Shown here piece after piece: positions 62,801 through 64,000 of a stretch of DNA of 64,000 nucleotides (position 1 is its first letter; every line of letters begins with the position of its first letter). Source of the stretch: Lama glama. Its lineage: Eukaryota. The DNA lies in contig CM052851.1 in the NCBI GenBank assembly GCA_028534125.1, positions 54,126,001-54,190,000 on the forward strand. Reading direction: 5' to 3'. The position numbers and the translations under genes were made by a program. Under the pieces are notes generated by a model. The model made no database searches, was not told the DNA's origin, and was given only the letters and a program-made list of their open reading frames with translations.

Positions 62801-63344
62801 CCATGGTATTTCTCTTTTCATTTTCTATAGAATAAAATTATGCTTTGTGTATCATATAAGTATACTATATTTAATACATCATACATGTATACATGTATAT
62901 GTGTGTGTATGTATGTGGATCTATTTTCTGTTTCTCTTAGCATAACACGAGCTCAATGAAGCAGAGGTGGCTCCTATTTCATATTTTCAAATACTTATGG
63001 AATCCACTAGTCTAGTAAATTCATCAATGGACCTTTGTTTTCTCTTGAAAAACCTTTCTGCGCATTTTATCTGGTGAGTACTTGAGACTAGCAGAATGTA
63101 CAGGTGCCTTGACTTAAGGCAGATTAGTTCAATTATATTTAGAGAATTTAATGTCAAGCATTTAATGTCCAATACTGTGCAGAAAGACATCAGAATACAA
63201 ATGCTGAGGCTCTTATTTCCAATGGGTAAGTAGGGGATAAATTAACTTTGTAATTGGAAAGGAATGGCCTCATTAAATAGGTTACAGCTTTGTAATCAAC
63301 TGTCTAGCCATGTACTCAATGGTTAGATTCTTGAAAAGTATCTT

Positions 63345-63797
63345 TATTTTAGGATAAATTTCCCTGAAAAGAGAACCTGAGTAATAAGCTTGACTTCAGG
63401 TGGTTTATAAGGGAATATGACAGTAGGAGCAGAAGTGAGGGAGAAAGGGAATGAACAGAGAAGGGAAGCCAGTGCGATGAAGCTAATACAATGACCACTG
63501 TTATGGGTGACTGGGTGCTTAATTCTGTGGGGGAAAGTATGTCTAAGAACCATCCACCTGAGGGGAGAAAGGAGAAATACTTATCCATTAGCCCCTCTCT
63601 CCATTGGTCAAGGATGGTCCACATGATGTTAAATCCCCTGCTTCTGGACTGTGATATGATGTAGCAGGGGGTGTGGTGGGGTGGGGTAGGTGGTGCAGGG
63701 ATAGCGGGGGAGTTCCCCAGTGATAAAAAACTGCAGCAGCGGCTAGAATGGGAGATGAAGCTGAGAGAATTTTCAGTGGTGTTCAAGAAGTGTCACA
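63345..63797 (-). mobile_element. LTR16-like ERVL solo LTR
   Basis: ttccctgaaaagagaacctgag...ggtttataagggaa...gaagggaagcca...gggtgactgggtgcttaattc. Confidence 0.65.
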
Positions 63798-64000
63798 TAC
63801 ACTTGGGTAATTAAAAATGCTTTTACTAAGATTGATTTACATTTAAGAAATAAAGAAAAAGCAGGATATATTGAGCAGGTTAAAACATGCTCATTTTTAT
63901 CATTACATTAACAAATCATCAGCTTATGGGGAAGAAGTAAGTATAAAAAAATCATCATCCAAAATTTTTCCCATAATGTCCAATTGATTCAGATGACAAT

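Overview
This is mammalian non-coding genomic DNA (intergenic or deep intronic). It is most likely a cetartiodactyl and probably a camelid, judged from the style of the young L1 3' ends and the absence of Alu, Bov-tA/BovB, PRE1 or SINEC elements. I recognise no protein-coding exon; the ORF track is chance ORFs plus decayed L1 ORF1/ORF2 fragments. The window is dense with old eutherian repeats (MIR, L2, L1M, MaLR/ERVL/ERV1 solo LTRs, hAT DNA transposons), several nested, and has five N-runs. Repeat family names come from recalled consensus sequences and most boundaries are approximate. The clearest non-standard signals are: (i) a tailless 5'-half tRNA-Gln(CTG) retrocopy between perfect 16-bp target-site duplications at 60222-60285; (ii) a ~70-bp copy of an L1 5'-end/flank junction placed in a MIR ~7 kb away; (iii) a diverged ~150-bp direct duplication bracketing opposed (AC)n/(GT)n tracts; (iv) a 31-bp-phased triple array of POU-type ATGAATA motifs. 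I found no evidence for a new multi-gene system.
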